Notes under the pieces: generated by a model
Databases searched by the model: none
What the model was told of the DNA's origin: nothing
What the model saw: the letters and a program-made list of their open reading frames with translations, nothing else
In this document: piece by piece, positions 27,257 through 36,529 of the stretch
How positions within the stretch are numbered: position 1 is the first letter of the stretch
Layout of the letters: each line of letters opens with the position of its first letter
Translations under genes and position numbers: made by a program
Origin: a virus
Taxonomy: Duplodnaviria; Caudoviricetes
DNA: 42,305 bases
Strand: one strand, 5' to 3'
Virus record (IMG/VR): IMGVR_UViG_3300035037_000234
Location: 1-42,305 of that record

Positions 27257-27275
27257 TTGTTCCCTCCTTTGGTTT

Positions 27276-27689
27276 TTAAAGTTGTGCTGATATTTGTTTT
27301 TCACTCTCCTTATCTTTTCTTTCTAATCTACAAACAGACATAATATTATTTGTGGCCTCTACATATCCTTCTAAAATATCTCTCAATAACCTCAATTCAC
27401 CCACATAAGCTGAAGCTTCTCTATTTGCGGAAGTTGCTACAAACTTTTCGTCATCTTTTGTCTTTAATTTTAAATCTAAATATTTTTCATCATCCTTACT
27501 TTTCTTTAAAGCTTTAACTTTCTTATATCTCTTTAAAATAAAGTTCCCGTGCCCCGTTGCTATCTTTGCATCTTCTATATAATCTATATTACCTTTTTTT
27601 AATTTTTCATCTAATGCATCTAATTTTTCTCTACTATGTTTAGTTTCTTTTAAAATATCATTTACAATTTTCTTAAATTCACTATTCAT
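27276..27689 (-). CDS. Hypothetical alpha-helical protein
   Basis: The likely start is ATG 27689 (AAGGAG SD, downstream of the 13-mer motif). Confidence 0.7.
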   Translation of the reverse strand: MNSEFKKIVNDILKETKHSREKLDALDEKLKKGNIDYIEDAKIATGHGNFILKRYKKVKALKKSKDDEKYLDLKLKTKDDEKFVATSANREASAYVGELRLLRDILEGYVEATNNIMSVCRLERKDKESEKQISAQL

Positions 27690-27746
27690 AATTTCTCTCT
27701 CCTTATTTATATTATATATTATTTTTCCAAGATTATACAAAATATT

Positions 27747-27947
27747 TTACTTACTTTTTCTACATAAAATACAAACATATTTTTTAAGATTTACACTCTT
27801 CCAGTCATCTTTATTATTTACATTTATATGATATTTTCTTTTACATATAATACACGTCGGATTAACAAAATATCTTCTTTTTGATTTATTAGCTTTTAAT
27901 CTTAATTTATCATATTTTTTTCTTTTATTTTTAGAATTACTTTTCAT
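27747..27947 (-). CDS. Small basic CxxC...CxxC protein
   Basis: CIIC...CILC; AAGGGG SD-like site. Confidence 0.6.
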   Translation of the reverse strand: MKSNSKNKRKKYDKLRLKANKSKRRYFVNPTCIICKRKYHINVNNKDDWKSVNLKKYVCILCRKSK

Positions 27948-27959
27948 TTTATTTCCCCT

Positions 27960-28181
27960 TTATTTCCAAGTAATATCTCTTTCTGCTTTTTCTCTTAATT
28001 CATCAGATAATTGAGTAAAATCTCCTTCAGTTGTATTTATAATAACTTGCAAGGCGTGTTCTTTTTTCATTCCCTTTGATAATAATCGACTTAATTCAAT
28101 TTGCTCAATTGAATCTAATTTATTAAAATCTACTTTATCTAAATCTGGAGTTGTTATTCGTATCATCTCTTTACCTCCCAT
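27960..28181 (-). CDS. Hypothetical protein
   Basis: The start is probably the second Met, after GGAGG. Confidence 0.65.
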   Translation of the reverse strand: MGGKEMIRITTPDLDKVDFNKLDSIEQIELSRLLSKGMKKEHALQVIINTTEGDFTQLSDELREKAERDITWK

Positions 28182-28187
28182 GGTTTT

Positions 28188-28604
28188 TTAGTATGCTCTT
28201 TCAATTCCTGATTGTCTGGCCTTCATCGTTGCTTCTACATCCCAGTTAACTTCACCATCTTCATCATAAGCGTCAAGCAAGCCCGCTTCTGATTCCATAT
28301 ATACATACATTTTTTTGCACAAGTTAGCTAATTCATCTAATAGTCTGGCTTTCCTTGGTGCTATGTTTTTATTATATCCAGAAGGACAAATTGCTCCCCT
28401 TATGCCTCCACCTAAATAATTACAATATACCCCATAGTTTCTTGGCAAATCATTTTCGCTTATGTTTAAATTTTCAGCTATAGCACTGCCAGAGAAGTCG
28501 AAATTGCCTCCTCTACGGCCAATAACATATCTGGCCTGACCCAATCCTAAGCTTTCAATTTCTCTTGGTAGTTCAATTTTTTTTATTTGTTTAAGTGTAA
28601 TCAT
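28188..28604 (-). CDS. Hypothetical early protein
   Basis: AAAGGAGGT SD; first gene after the sigma70-type promoter. Confidence 0.75.
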   Translation of the reverse strand: MITLKQIKKIELPREIESLGLGQARYVIGRRGGNFDFSGSAIAENLNISENDLPRNYGVYCNYLGGGIRGAICPSGYNKNIAPRKARLLDELANLCKKMYVYMESEAGLLDAYDEDGEVNWDVEATMKARQSGIERAY

Positions 28605-28645
28605 TTTACTACCTCCTTTTTATTTTGGTTATTATTTCCTTCTTA

Positions 28646-28681
28646 TATTATATATTATAATGATTTTTAAGGAAAAGTCAA
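28646..28681 (-). promoter_or_regulatory. Sigma70-type promoter opening the early/replication block
   Basis: TTGACT (28681-28676), 16 nt spacer, TATAAT (28659-28654), overlapping a copy of the 13-mer ATAATATATAATA. Confidence 0.75.
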
Positions 28682-28736
28682 GGGTAAAAAGTAAAATAAT
28701 TTTTTTAGTGAAAACTGAAGGTTTTATGGGTATGGA

Positions 28737-29324
28737 TTAAAAGAAAAATAAATCGTTTCCATCAGAAATAGATATAACTTTGTTTATTTCTTTATCAATT
28801 AATTCGGGTCTGGATTTTAACTCTGTAACATTATAAGTTACGGAATAATCCCCAATTTTTTCTGATATTTCTTCTTTATTTATTAGATCAGGATTTGTCA
28901 TTATTATTTGCTTTAGTACAAATAATACCTGAAGATACTTATCAAGAGTCCCAATAGAACAATTACCATAAGTATAAGTTATTGTAATAGTTTTAAAAGT
29001 AGTTAATAAACTACATTTAATAATGCCTTCGTTTTTTAAGAGATAATATTCATCGTCATCTTCTGATAAGCCATCTTCATTTACGTCTTCAATTGTAAAG
29101 CTAGATACTTCAACTATATTTCTATGTTTTAATTTTATTACATTTGTTTTTTCATATAAATAAAACTCTTCTGTTTCTGATTTAGCACTCCCATAATCTT
29201 TATCTAAAATCTCTTCAACTTGTTTCTGAGCTACATCAAGCATATCATCTGTTAATGAAGCTTCTGTTAAATTTAATAGTATCTCTATATCTCGTGCTTT
29301 ATAAAGTTCATTTGTTTCACTCAT
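28737..29324 (-). CDS. Head-tail adaptor/connector-like virion protein
   Basis: AQKQVEEILD, ITITYTYG, SEKIGDYSVTY, typical of head completion proteins. Confidence 0.7.
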   Translation of the reverse strand: MSETNELYKARDIEILLNLTEASLTDDMLDVAQKQVEEILDKDYGSAKSETEEFYLYEKTNVIKLKHRNIVEVSSFTIEDVNEDGLSEDDDEYYLLKNEGIIKCSLLTTFKTITITYTYGNCSIGTLDKYLQVLFVLKQIIMTNPDLINKEEISEKIGDYSVTYNVTELKSRPELIDKEINKVISISDGNDLFFF

Positions 29325-29377
29325 CTAAAAATTCATCTCCTAAAAAATTACTAACACTTTGATTTAATATTATTCTT

Positions 29378-30046
29378 TTATTTTTTGTTTTTCTCTTTTT
29401 TATTTTCTTTTTCTTTAATTCGCATTTTCGAGTCTTGCTTCTTCGAAATGTTTTTCCCATTTAAATATTTTCTCCTTTTAAACTTATGTTCTATGTCTTT
29501 TAATTTTAAATTTTTATTACTATAATACCCTGTATGTATAAAAGCTTTTATCTTTTTATTATCAATTAATTGAGATATTTTTGAATATAATGATTTCATA
29601 TTTTCAAACCTAATATTGCTTTTAAAAACATAAACACCACAACTAGCATATCTTTTTTTATTAACACATTCAATATATTTTTGACTATCCAACTTATAAA
29701 CAGGAGTTGTCTTACCACTAACTAAATTTCTCAAAACAACCGTACAATCTTCTCCATGCCCTTTATGATAGATAAATAGCTTCTCAAAATCAATATTAAA
29801 AACTCCAATCTTGGTTATTAAAACAAAATTTTCTATATCTTTTCTAATTATATTTAAAGCGTCTTCTAAAGTATCTACATTTAATAAATATTTTTTATTT
29901 ATTTTTTGTTTTACTTCATCATATTTAGTAAATATTTTAAAATTATGCTTACTTAATCTAAATTGCTCAATCAATCTACCAACTAAATTCTTATTTAGAA
30001 ATTTCTTTTTAATATCATTCTTGTCAACCAATAGTAGTATATTCAT
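29378..30046 (-). CDS. Degenerate sugar-phosphate nucleotidyltransferase-like protein
   Basis: NIDFEKLFIYH....CTVVL, SCGVYVF, AFIHTGY pattern. The N-terminal GxGxR motif is absent. Confidence 0.55.
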   Translation of the reverse strand: MNILLLVDKNDIKKKFLNKNLVGRLIEQFRLSKHNFKIFTKYDEVKQKINKKYLLNVDTLEDALNIIRKDIENFVLITKIGVFNIDFEKLFIYHKGHGEDCTVVLRNLVSGKTTPVYKLDSQKYIECVNKKRYASCGVYVFKSNIRFENMKSLYSKISQLIDNKKIKAFIHTGYYSNKNLKLKDIEHKFKRRKYLNGKNISKKQDSKMRIKEKENKKEKNKK

Positions 30047-30108
30047 TGTATCTCCTTCTATAAATAAAGAAAATAAAAATTATATTATTTTTTATATATT
30101 ATCATCTA

Positions 30109-30771
30109 TTATTTACTTAATCTTAATAAACTAAAAAAATCTTCATAACTCACCTTTTCAAAATAAGGTATATTTGAATTTAAACTTACGTTATAAACTT
30201 TGTAATCGCTATCATCAGCAAATTTTTTAAAATCACTTACCTCTTTTCTAATTTTATATAAACCTTCCCAGTACATTCCAGAGCGTCCATAAGCACCAGC
30301 ATTTATATTCGGATCATCTTCTTGGTAAAAATGAGTATTTCTATTCTTAGTATCTGGAGCACCAAAATCATACCCCAAAAGATAAATAACATCATAACCT
30401 AATTTTGCAGCTAATGACATTGCGAAAACACCCACTAAACCCATTCTTCCTATGAACAACTCATTCTCTGTTAAAAGACCTTTATAATCAAATGATGACA
30501 CATCATATCTTTTTATAAAAGGGTATTCTTCGTAACCACCATAATTTCTACAAACTAATTGAGCCCCCCTACTATGGAGATCAAGTAAATCATCTTTGCA
30601 CTTTTCCCAAACTGAAGTGTCCGCCCAAAGTTGTTTTGATGGAATAAAAGGCATAAATTTATAAGCAAAATTTAAAGACCAGACGTTTTTATTTTCAATG
30701 TTTTTCCAAAGATCCTTTTCAATGCCTTCCTTTATAGAATATCCACCACCAACTATTATAACTTCTTTCAT
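30109..30771 (-). CDS. Maf/DUF115- or sialyltransferase-like Rossmann-fold transferase
   Basis: VIIVGGGYSI, AMSLAAKLGYDVIYLLGYDF, HFY, VYNVSLNS.IPYFEK. Confidence 0.6.
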   Translation of the reverse strand: MKEVIIVGGGYSIKEGIEKDLWKNIENKNVWSLNFAYKFMPFIPSKQLWADTSVWEKCKDDLLDLHSRGAQLVCRNYGGYEEYPFIKRYDVSSFDYKGLLTENELFIGRMGLVGVFAMSLAAKLGYDVIYLLGYDFGAPDTKNRNTHFYQEDDPNINAGAYGRSGMYWEGLYKIRKEVSDFKKFADDSDYKVYNVSLNSNIPYFEKVSYEDFFSLLRLSK

Positions 30772-30772
30772 A

Positions 30773-31276
30773 TTACCACGTCCTTAATGCATACATAAAT
30801 TTCTTATCGTAACATTCATTTAACTTAACAAAATACTTACTTATCTTCTCAAACCACCAGCTACTATCTTTTACAGTTTTATGGCAGTTTGTACCGTCTG
30901 GTAAAGTCCATATAGCAATTTTTGTGGAGATATTAAAGAATATTTTATCTGATATATTTTTTATATTTATAATAATTTCATCTAAATATTCTTCAGGTAT
31001 GTGTTCCAAAACATCTGTACAAATAACAAAATCATACTTCCCATTAGGTTCTTCACTGTATTCTTCTATTGCTGGATCATATTTTTCAAATTCTATTTTA
31101 GGATATTCTCTTTTCAAAACATCTATCAAACTACTTTGCCCACAACCGTAATCTAAAACTCTTTTTGGTTTTATTTCATCTATAAAATTTTTTATTGGGT
31201 TTAACAGATAAATTGAACTAATTCCGTAAATATTATTTTTATGTAATATTCTATATTGATTTATTAAATAATTCAT
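30773..31276 (-). CDS. Class I SAM-dependent methyltransferase
   Basis: VLDYGCG, YDPAI, YDFVICTDVLEHIPE. Confidence 0.9.
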   Translation of the reverse strand: MNYLINQYRILHKNNIYGISSIYLLNPIKNFIDEIKPKRVLDYGCGQSSLIDVLKREYPKIEFEKYDPAIEEYSEEPNGKYDFVICTDVLEHIPEEYLDEIIINIKNISDKIFFNISTKIAIWTLPDGTNCHKTVKDSSWWFEKISKYFVKLNECYDKKFMYALRTW

Positions 31277-31880
31277 TTAAATATAACAAACTTCCTTTTT
31301 CTATTTGGAGTAATTATCATCTTTTCTTTTATAATTTGAAAACCTTCTTCTATAATATCATTTACTGTTTTTTCTGGATTCATCTCTAAAATATCTATAT
31401 GATGACTTTCAAATGCTAAAATCCCATCACGGACTAATATTTTTTTATTTTATTAATGTAGTCTTTTAAGGGCATTTTAGTCCAATGATTTACTGCCAAA
31501 GATAAAATAACATTATATTTAATTTTCGGCTGAAATTTAGCAAAATCTTCTTTCATAAATATACAATTTTTTATATTTAATTCATCTCTTATAAGATTTG
31601 CAATTTTTATAACTGATTTATTGTTGTCTATTCCATGAACTAATTCAACTTTTTTAGCTATTAAAAAAGAAATAGCTCCTACGTTACATCCAATATCAAG
31701 AACCTTATCATTCTCATTTAAAAAATCTTCTAAATCATATTCTTTCCATCTAAAACTTGTATTTCTCTTACCTTTTATTTTTAAGATGTCGCAACTCTGA
31801 TAAAACTCTTTTAAACCAAATTGTTGAGCTCTAGAATTATATATCTCCATCAAACTTTTGACAAAATTATTTTTTGTCAT
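31273..31880 (-). pseudogene. Class I SAM methyltransferase, frameshifted in an A7 run at 31440-31446
   Basis: VLDIGCNVG, GIDNN. The -1 frame continues KILVRDGILAFESH...KFVIFK* and ends with an ATGA overlap on the next gene. Confidence 0.8.
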
Positions 31881-32166
31881 ATATTTTTTCCTCTACAGCT
31901 AAAGAACCTAGCAGCTTATTTATCTCATTTTTTGTTTTAATTCTTAAATCATTTGTTTTTGCAATCTCTTTGCCTATCTTTCCTGCAATGTTATCTGGTA
32001 TATCTTCTCTTATATCATCCTCTAAATCCCAAAGTTTTAAATTTAAATTAAATAGCTCTTGAATTAAAGACACCAAATTAAAACTGCTTAAATTAGATTT
32101 ATTTTTTTTACTTCTTTTAATAAAATCAATTGTCAATCTATCCAATTCATTTCCGTAATCTTTCAT
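31867..32166 (-). CDS. Helical hypothetical protein of a type seen in glycosyltransferase clusters (DUF4254/DUF6165-like)
   Basis: LNLKLWDLEDDIR...TNDLRIKTKNEINKLLGS...EEKIY. Confidence 0.6.
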   Translation of the reverse strand: MKDYGNELDRLTIDFIKRSKKNKSNLSSFNLVSLIQELFNLNLKLWDLEDDIREDIPDNIAGKIGKEIAKTNDLRIKTKNEINKLLGSLAVEEKIYDKK

Positions 32167-33152
32167 TATATTTCCTTTCTTAAATCTTCTCTTACTTGAC
32201 TTTCAATCCATTTATAAGTTGTCTTTAATCCTTCTTCAAGAGATACTTTTGGCTCCCATCCTAATATCTTTTGACACTTACTATTATCAGAATTCCTTCC
32301 TCTTATACCCACGGGTTTTGTTAAATCATGTTTTATTTTACATCTTGTCCCTGCAACATTAAATATTATTTTAGCCAAATCATCTATTTTTATTAATTTA
32401 TCTGATCCAATATTTAAAGGTTCAGAACATTTAGAATTCATTAACACATAGATACCCTCACAAACATCTTTTACATGCATAAAAGATCTAGTTTGCTTTC
32501 CATCTCCCCACACATCTATTTTTAAACTACCAGTTAGTTTTGCTTTAGCTACTTTTCTACAAAGTGCTGCTGGAGCTTTTTCTCTACCGTCTTTATATGT
32601 TCCTTCCTCGCCAAATATATTATGAAACCTTGCTATTCTAACATTCATTCCGCAGTCCTCTTCGTAAGCTTTATATATTTGTTCTGAAAATAATTTTTCC
32701 CATCCATATATCTCATTCGGATCTGCAGGCACCGCATCTTCTTCTTTTAATGGTATCACTTTAGAAGTAGTTTGTTTAAAATTTGGATAAACGCACGCAG
32801 AAGAACTAAAAAATATTTTCTTAATTCCTAATATGTGACACGCTTCAAGCATGTTAACATTTATTAATACATTATCTCTTGCAACTTTTGCATGAACTGA
32901 AGTAATAAATCCAATCCCTCCCATATTAGCCGCAAAATTATAAACCTCATCTATACCATCTAAAGCAGTAAGACATTCTCTAAGATTTCTTAAATCCAAT
33001 GTTACTTTTTCATCATAAAATTTTCTTTTTAAATATCCATCCCACTTAATATCAACTACTCTCACCCAATGACCTTGTTTAATTAAATACTCAGCCATGT
33101 GGCTTCCAATAAATCCTCCAGCTCCAGTTACTAAAATTCTTTTACTACTCAT
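32166..33152 (-). CDS. NAD-dependent epimerase, GDP-mannose 3,5-epimerase-like
   Basis: TGAGGFIG, AANMGGIGFI, SSSACVYP, YGWEKLFSE, RFHNIFG, GREKAPAALCRK, WGDGKQTRSF, GRNSDN. Confidence 0.92.
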   Translation of the reverse strand: MSSKRILVTGAGGFIGSHMAEYLIKQGHWVRVVDIKWDGYLKRKFYDEKVTLDLRNLRECLTALDGIDEVYNFAANMGGIGFITSVHAKVARDNVLINVNMLEACHILGIKKIFFSSSACVYPNFKQTTSKVIPLKEEDAVPADPNEIYGWEKLFSEQIYKAYEEDCGMNVRIARFHNIFGEEGTYKDGREKAPAALCRKVAKAKLTGSLKIDVWGDGKQTRSFMHVKDVCEGIYVLMNSKCSEPLNIGSDKLIKIDDLAKIIFNVAGTRCKIKHDLTKPVGIRGRNSDNSKCQKILGWEPKVSLEEGLKTTYKWIESQVREDLRKEI

Positions 33153-33164
33153 TATTTACTCCTT

Positions 33165-33608
33165 TTATTTTGTTTGAGATTTAATTATATCATAAGCATT
33201 TCTAATTATTTTTTCTTTTATCATTGAACTCGATAATCCTTTTGTATATTTAATATATTTCAAATAATTATTTTCCTTAAGCCATTTCAATCCAGATACC
33301 TTGTCCTCATTTCCTCTCCAATCATCTCCTACAACAAAAATATCTGCTTTTAATTTCTTAAATTGTTTTATATCAAAAATATTTTTTTGCTTCACAACTC
33401 TATCAACACATTTTAATTCCTGTATAATAGCAAATCTTTGGTCAAAATTTAATGTTGGTTTTGTTCCTTTATATTTTTTTACTAAAGCATCAGTTGATAC
33501 TCCTACTATTAAATAATTGCCCATTGCTTTTGCTTTTTTTAAAACATTAAGATGTCCAGTATGAAATAAATCCCAGGTTCCTCCTGTAAATATTATTCTT
33601 TTAGCCAT
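33165..33608 (-). CDS. Cytidylyltransferase (TagD/RfaE-II-like)
   Basis: GTWDLFHTGHLNVL, VGVSTD, VGDDW, YTKGLSSS. Confidence 0.9.
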   Translation of the reverse strand: MAKRIIFTGGTWDLFHTGHLNVLKKAKAMGNYLIVGVSTDALVKKYKGTKPTLNFDQRFAIIQELKCVDRVVKQKNIFDIKQFKKLKADIFVVGDDWRGNEDKVSGLKWLKENNYLKYIKYTKGLSSSMIKEKIIRNAYDIIKSQTK

Positions 33609-34630
33609 TGTCTTAATTCCTCATAAAGCACTAAATTATCTTCTTTATTCAAATCGCCTATATGACTAACAATAAAAGTATCACCCTCTTCCCCACCAGT
33701 TGGAGTTATAAAAATATTTTTAGTTTGTAAATATCTAAAAAACTTTTTAATCTTACCTACTTTGCTTTTAGCTCTTAATAAAGTTCCACAATTTGACATA
33801 TTTTTAGTTACCATCTCTAATGGTAATTTTCTTATTAATTTTCTAAAATGATTAGCTAATTCTTTTCTTTTTTTAATTATATTATCTAGTCCTATTTTTT
33901 TAATTTCTTTTAATCTATAATATAATTGATTTATTAAAATAACGTTCGGGGTGAAGGGCAAGCACAAATCCTCATCTAAAGAATAAAAATAATTCTCTAA
34001 ATTAAAATAATATCCACGAGGATATAGTTCGGGTCTACCTTTTGTAACAACAATTGAAAGACCAGAAGGTAAATCTAACCCTTTTTGACTACTCATTAAA
34101 CAAGCATAGATATTATCCTTATTCATATCTATTGAATCAATAGCAAAAGAACTAATAGCATCAACGATTAATTTTATATTATATTTCTTACATATCCTAC
34201 CTATCTTAAAAAGAGGAAGTTTTTCCATAGTTGAAGTTTCATTTGACTGCATTAAAATTATAGTTATATTATGTGAATTTATAAATTTTTCTATATCAAA
34301 AGAATCTGTTTCTAAAAAATTAACATTATATTCATTACAAATATCGCTCCACCTCTGACCAAATAATCCTCTATTTATTATTAAAACATTATCATCTATA
34401 TTTATAAAATTACTTACCACAGACTCCATTGCCCCAGTTCCAGAAGATGTAATAAAAGCAGTATAGCCATTAGGGACATTTAAAAGTTCTTTTAAAATAT
34501 TGCTGCATTCCTGTAAAGTATGAGCAAACTCTTCTGTTCTAAAATATTTTGGTTGTTCCAATCCTATTTTTAAAACATCTTTTGACACATTTGGAGTAGC
34601 AGCTGTAAAATTTCTTATTTTATTTTTCAT
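33593..34630 (-). CDS. PLP-dependent class V aminotransferase (PhnW / serine-pyruvate aminotransferase-like)
   Basis: SSGTGAMES, G.FG.RW, NETST, VDAISS, SSQKGL (PLP lysine), PFTP. Confidence 0.9.
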   Translation of the reverse strand: MKNKIRNFTAATPNVSKDVLKIGLEQPKYFRTEEFAHTLQECSNILKELLNVPNGYTAFITSSGTGAMESVVSNFINIDDNVLIINRGLFGQRWSDICNEYNVNFLETDSFDIEKFINSHNITIILMQSNETSTMEKLPLFKIGRICKKYNIKLIVDAISSFAIDSIDMNKDNIYACLMSSQKGLDLPSGLSIVVTKGRPELYPRGYYFNLENYFYSLDEDLCLPFTPNVILINQLYYRLKEIKKIGLDNIIKKRKELANHFRKLIRKLPLEMVTKNMSNCGTLLRAKSKVGKIKKFFRYLQTKNIFITPTGGEEGDTFIVSHIGDLNKEDNLVLYEELRQWLKE

Positions 34631-35673
34631 TATAAATACTTAACCTCTTCCCCAAATTTTATCTCTAAATGTTCACACATTGATTCTTTAAAACCAAATC
34701 TTTTATAGTAATCTTTATTGTTTGGAGGAGTTGCTAAAAATATCTTCATAAATCTATTTTTTTTACAAAAATCAATTGCCTTATTCATTAAAATACTGCC
34801 TATCCCTTGATTTTGTTTTTCTGGAATAACCATTACATCTGTAATATAATATATATAAGCTTCATCAGAAATAATTCTCAATAAACCGATTATTTTATTA
34901 TTTAAATCTCGAATAGTAATGAAAACAGATTCGCTAATCATTATATCGTCTTGCTCTTTAGTCCTCCAATTATAATGAAATAATTCTTTTGCAGGTATAA
35001 TCCCTTTTATCTTATCCATTTCTGAAAATAATTCCATTAACTCTTCATAAGTTATTATATCATTTATTATTAAAATTAAATCATCTGATAATAACCAACC
35101 CTTTTTTAAAGCTGGGATATTATATCTCCAATCAACAAACTTCTTTTCTTCTTGCCAATTCCCATAAAGCGAAGTTAAATATTCTTCTGTCTTATTTGGT
35201 GCTAAAAATTTAATGTCGTAAAAATCTATTTCTGTAAAAGGCTCAATCAGTTCAATTGGTATAGCAATGTGTCCTATTTTACACTTATCCTTGTATGAGT
35301 TTCCTAAATTAATATTTCTTATAATAGATTTTTTATTTTTATATAAAGGAATTATTTCAAAAACAATTATATCTTTCCCAATTCTTTTTTTAGCCCACAA
35401 AAACTTACCTTTAGGAATATCCTCAAATTCAAAAGAAACATCAAAATATTTCTTTTCAATTAAATAAGTTCTTAAATCTTCTAAATCAACATCAGCAGGT
35501 ATTCCAACATCTATATCTTTATCATGATTAAGTAATTTTCCTTCCCGTATAATCCCCAGCAAAGCACCACATAATAAACAGCAAGGAATATTTTTAGCAT
35601 CCAAATGTTTTTTAAATTCTTTTACGGCTTCAACTATTTTATCCATTCCTATTTGTTCAAAATTATTTATCAT
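34630..35673 (-). CDS. LicD-family phosphotransferase fused to a GNAT acetyltransferase
   Basis: LCGALLGIIREG.LL.HDKDIDVG...P...EEYL..LYGNW, then YITDVMVIPEKQNQGIGSILM...YYKRFGF. Confidence 0.88.
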   Translation of the reverse strand: MINNFEQIGMDKIVEAVKEFKKHLDAKNIPCCLLCGALLGIIREGKLLNHDKDIDVGIPADVDLEDLRTYLIEKKYFDVSFEFEDIPKGKFLWAKKRIGKDIIVFEIIPLYKNKKSIIRNINLGNSYKDKCKIGHIAIPIELIEPFTEIDFYDIKFLAPNKTEEYLTSLYGNWQEEKKFVDWRYNIPALKKGWLLSDDLILIINDIITYEELMELFSEMDKIKGIIPAKELFHYNWRTKEQDDIMISESVFITIRDLNNKIIGLLRIISDEAYIYYITDVMVIPEKQNQGIGSILMNKAIDFCKKNRFMKIFLATPPNNKDYYKRFGFKESMCEHLEIKFGEEVKYL

Positions 35674-36529
35674 TATTATCCTTTATCTCATTTAGTATTT
35701 CATTGCCTGTTTTTTTGTCTTGATAAGGGATTATAAAATCCTCATTATGTTGTGTTCCAATATATTTACTATTTTTTAATTGCCCTCCCCATTTATTTCT
35801 GTATTTTATTTTCATCTCAACATATAGATTATCTAATCTTTCCCTCGCTTGTGGACTCGCATTTGCTGTTTCAGCACACATATGATAATAGACAGCTGAG
35901 CTTGCAACATAAGTATCTATACCTTGTAAAGTTCCTCTATATTGATAGTCAGTGTCCCAAAAATATATTCCCTTATTAAATGTTTCATTATCCACTAAAC
36001 CAACTCTTTTAAAATAATCAGTATGCCACCAATTAAAAGAATACAAATCAAATCCAAAATCAACATCTAAAACTTCTAACCAAGGTTTAAATTTATTCTT
36101 ACTTACAAAATTATCTTTATAATATAAATCACCATTTTCTCTTATATCGAAGCAAGATAATTCGTCTAAAGAAGTTGTTATATGACCGCACAAAGATTTT
36201 ATATCTGTCTTATTAAAAATATCAACCATCAAATCACAAGTTTTAGGATGAATAACTACATCATTATTTGAATTAACTACTAAATCGGTTTTATCTTTTG
36301 CTAAATTAATTCCATAATTCATCTCTTCAGTTATAGGGGTATTAGCTGAAAACTCCTTATAATGAGCAACCTGTTTTCCAAGTCTTCTCATATCTGAATC
36401 CCCTTCACCATAATTAAGCATATAAATATCAAAATTATATTTTGATTTATAACTATCTAAACAAGCTTTTGTTATTTTTGCTTGTCCATTCGAAGTAGTT
36501 AATAAAACTATAAAATCCTTTTTCTTCAT
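35663..36529 (-). CDS. Glycosyltransferase family 2-like protein
   Basis: ITKACLDS, NYGI, NNDVV, RVGLVD..TF, YFWDTDY..R, YYH. Confidence 0.78.
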   Translation of the reverse strand: MKKKDFIVLLTTSNGQAKITKACLDSYKSKYNFDIYMLNYGEGDSDMRRLGKQVAHYKEFSANTPITEEMNYGINLAKDKTDLVVNSNNDVVIHPKTCDLMVDIFNKTDIKSLCGHITTSLDELSCFDIRENGDLYYKDNFVSKNKFKPWLEVLDVDFGFDLYSFNWWHTDYFKRVGLVDNETFNKGIYFWDTDYQYRGTLQGIDTYVASSAVYYHMCAETANASPQARERLDNLYVEMKIKYRNKWGGQLKNSKYIGTQHNEDFIIPYQDKKTGNEILNEIKDNNDK

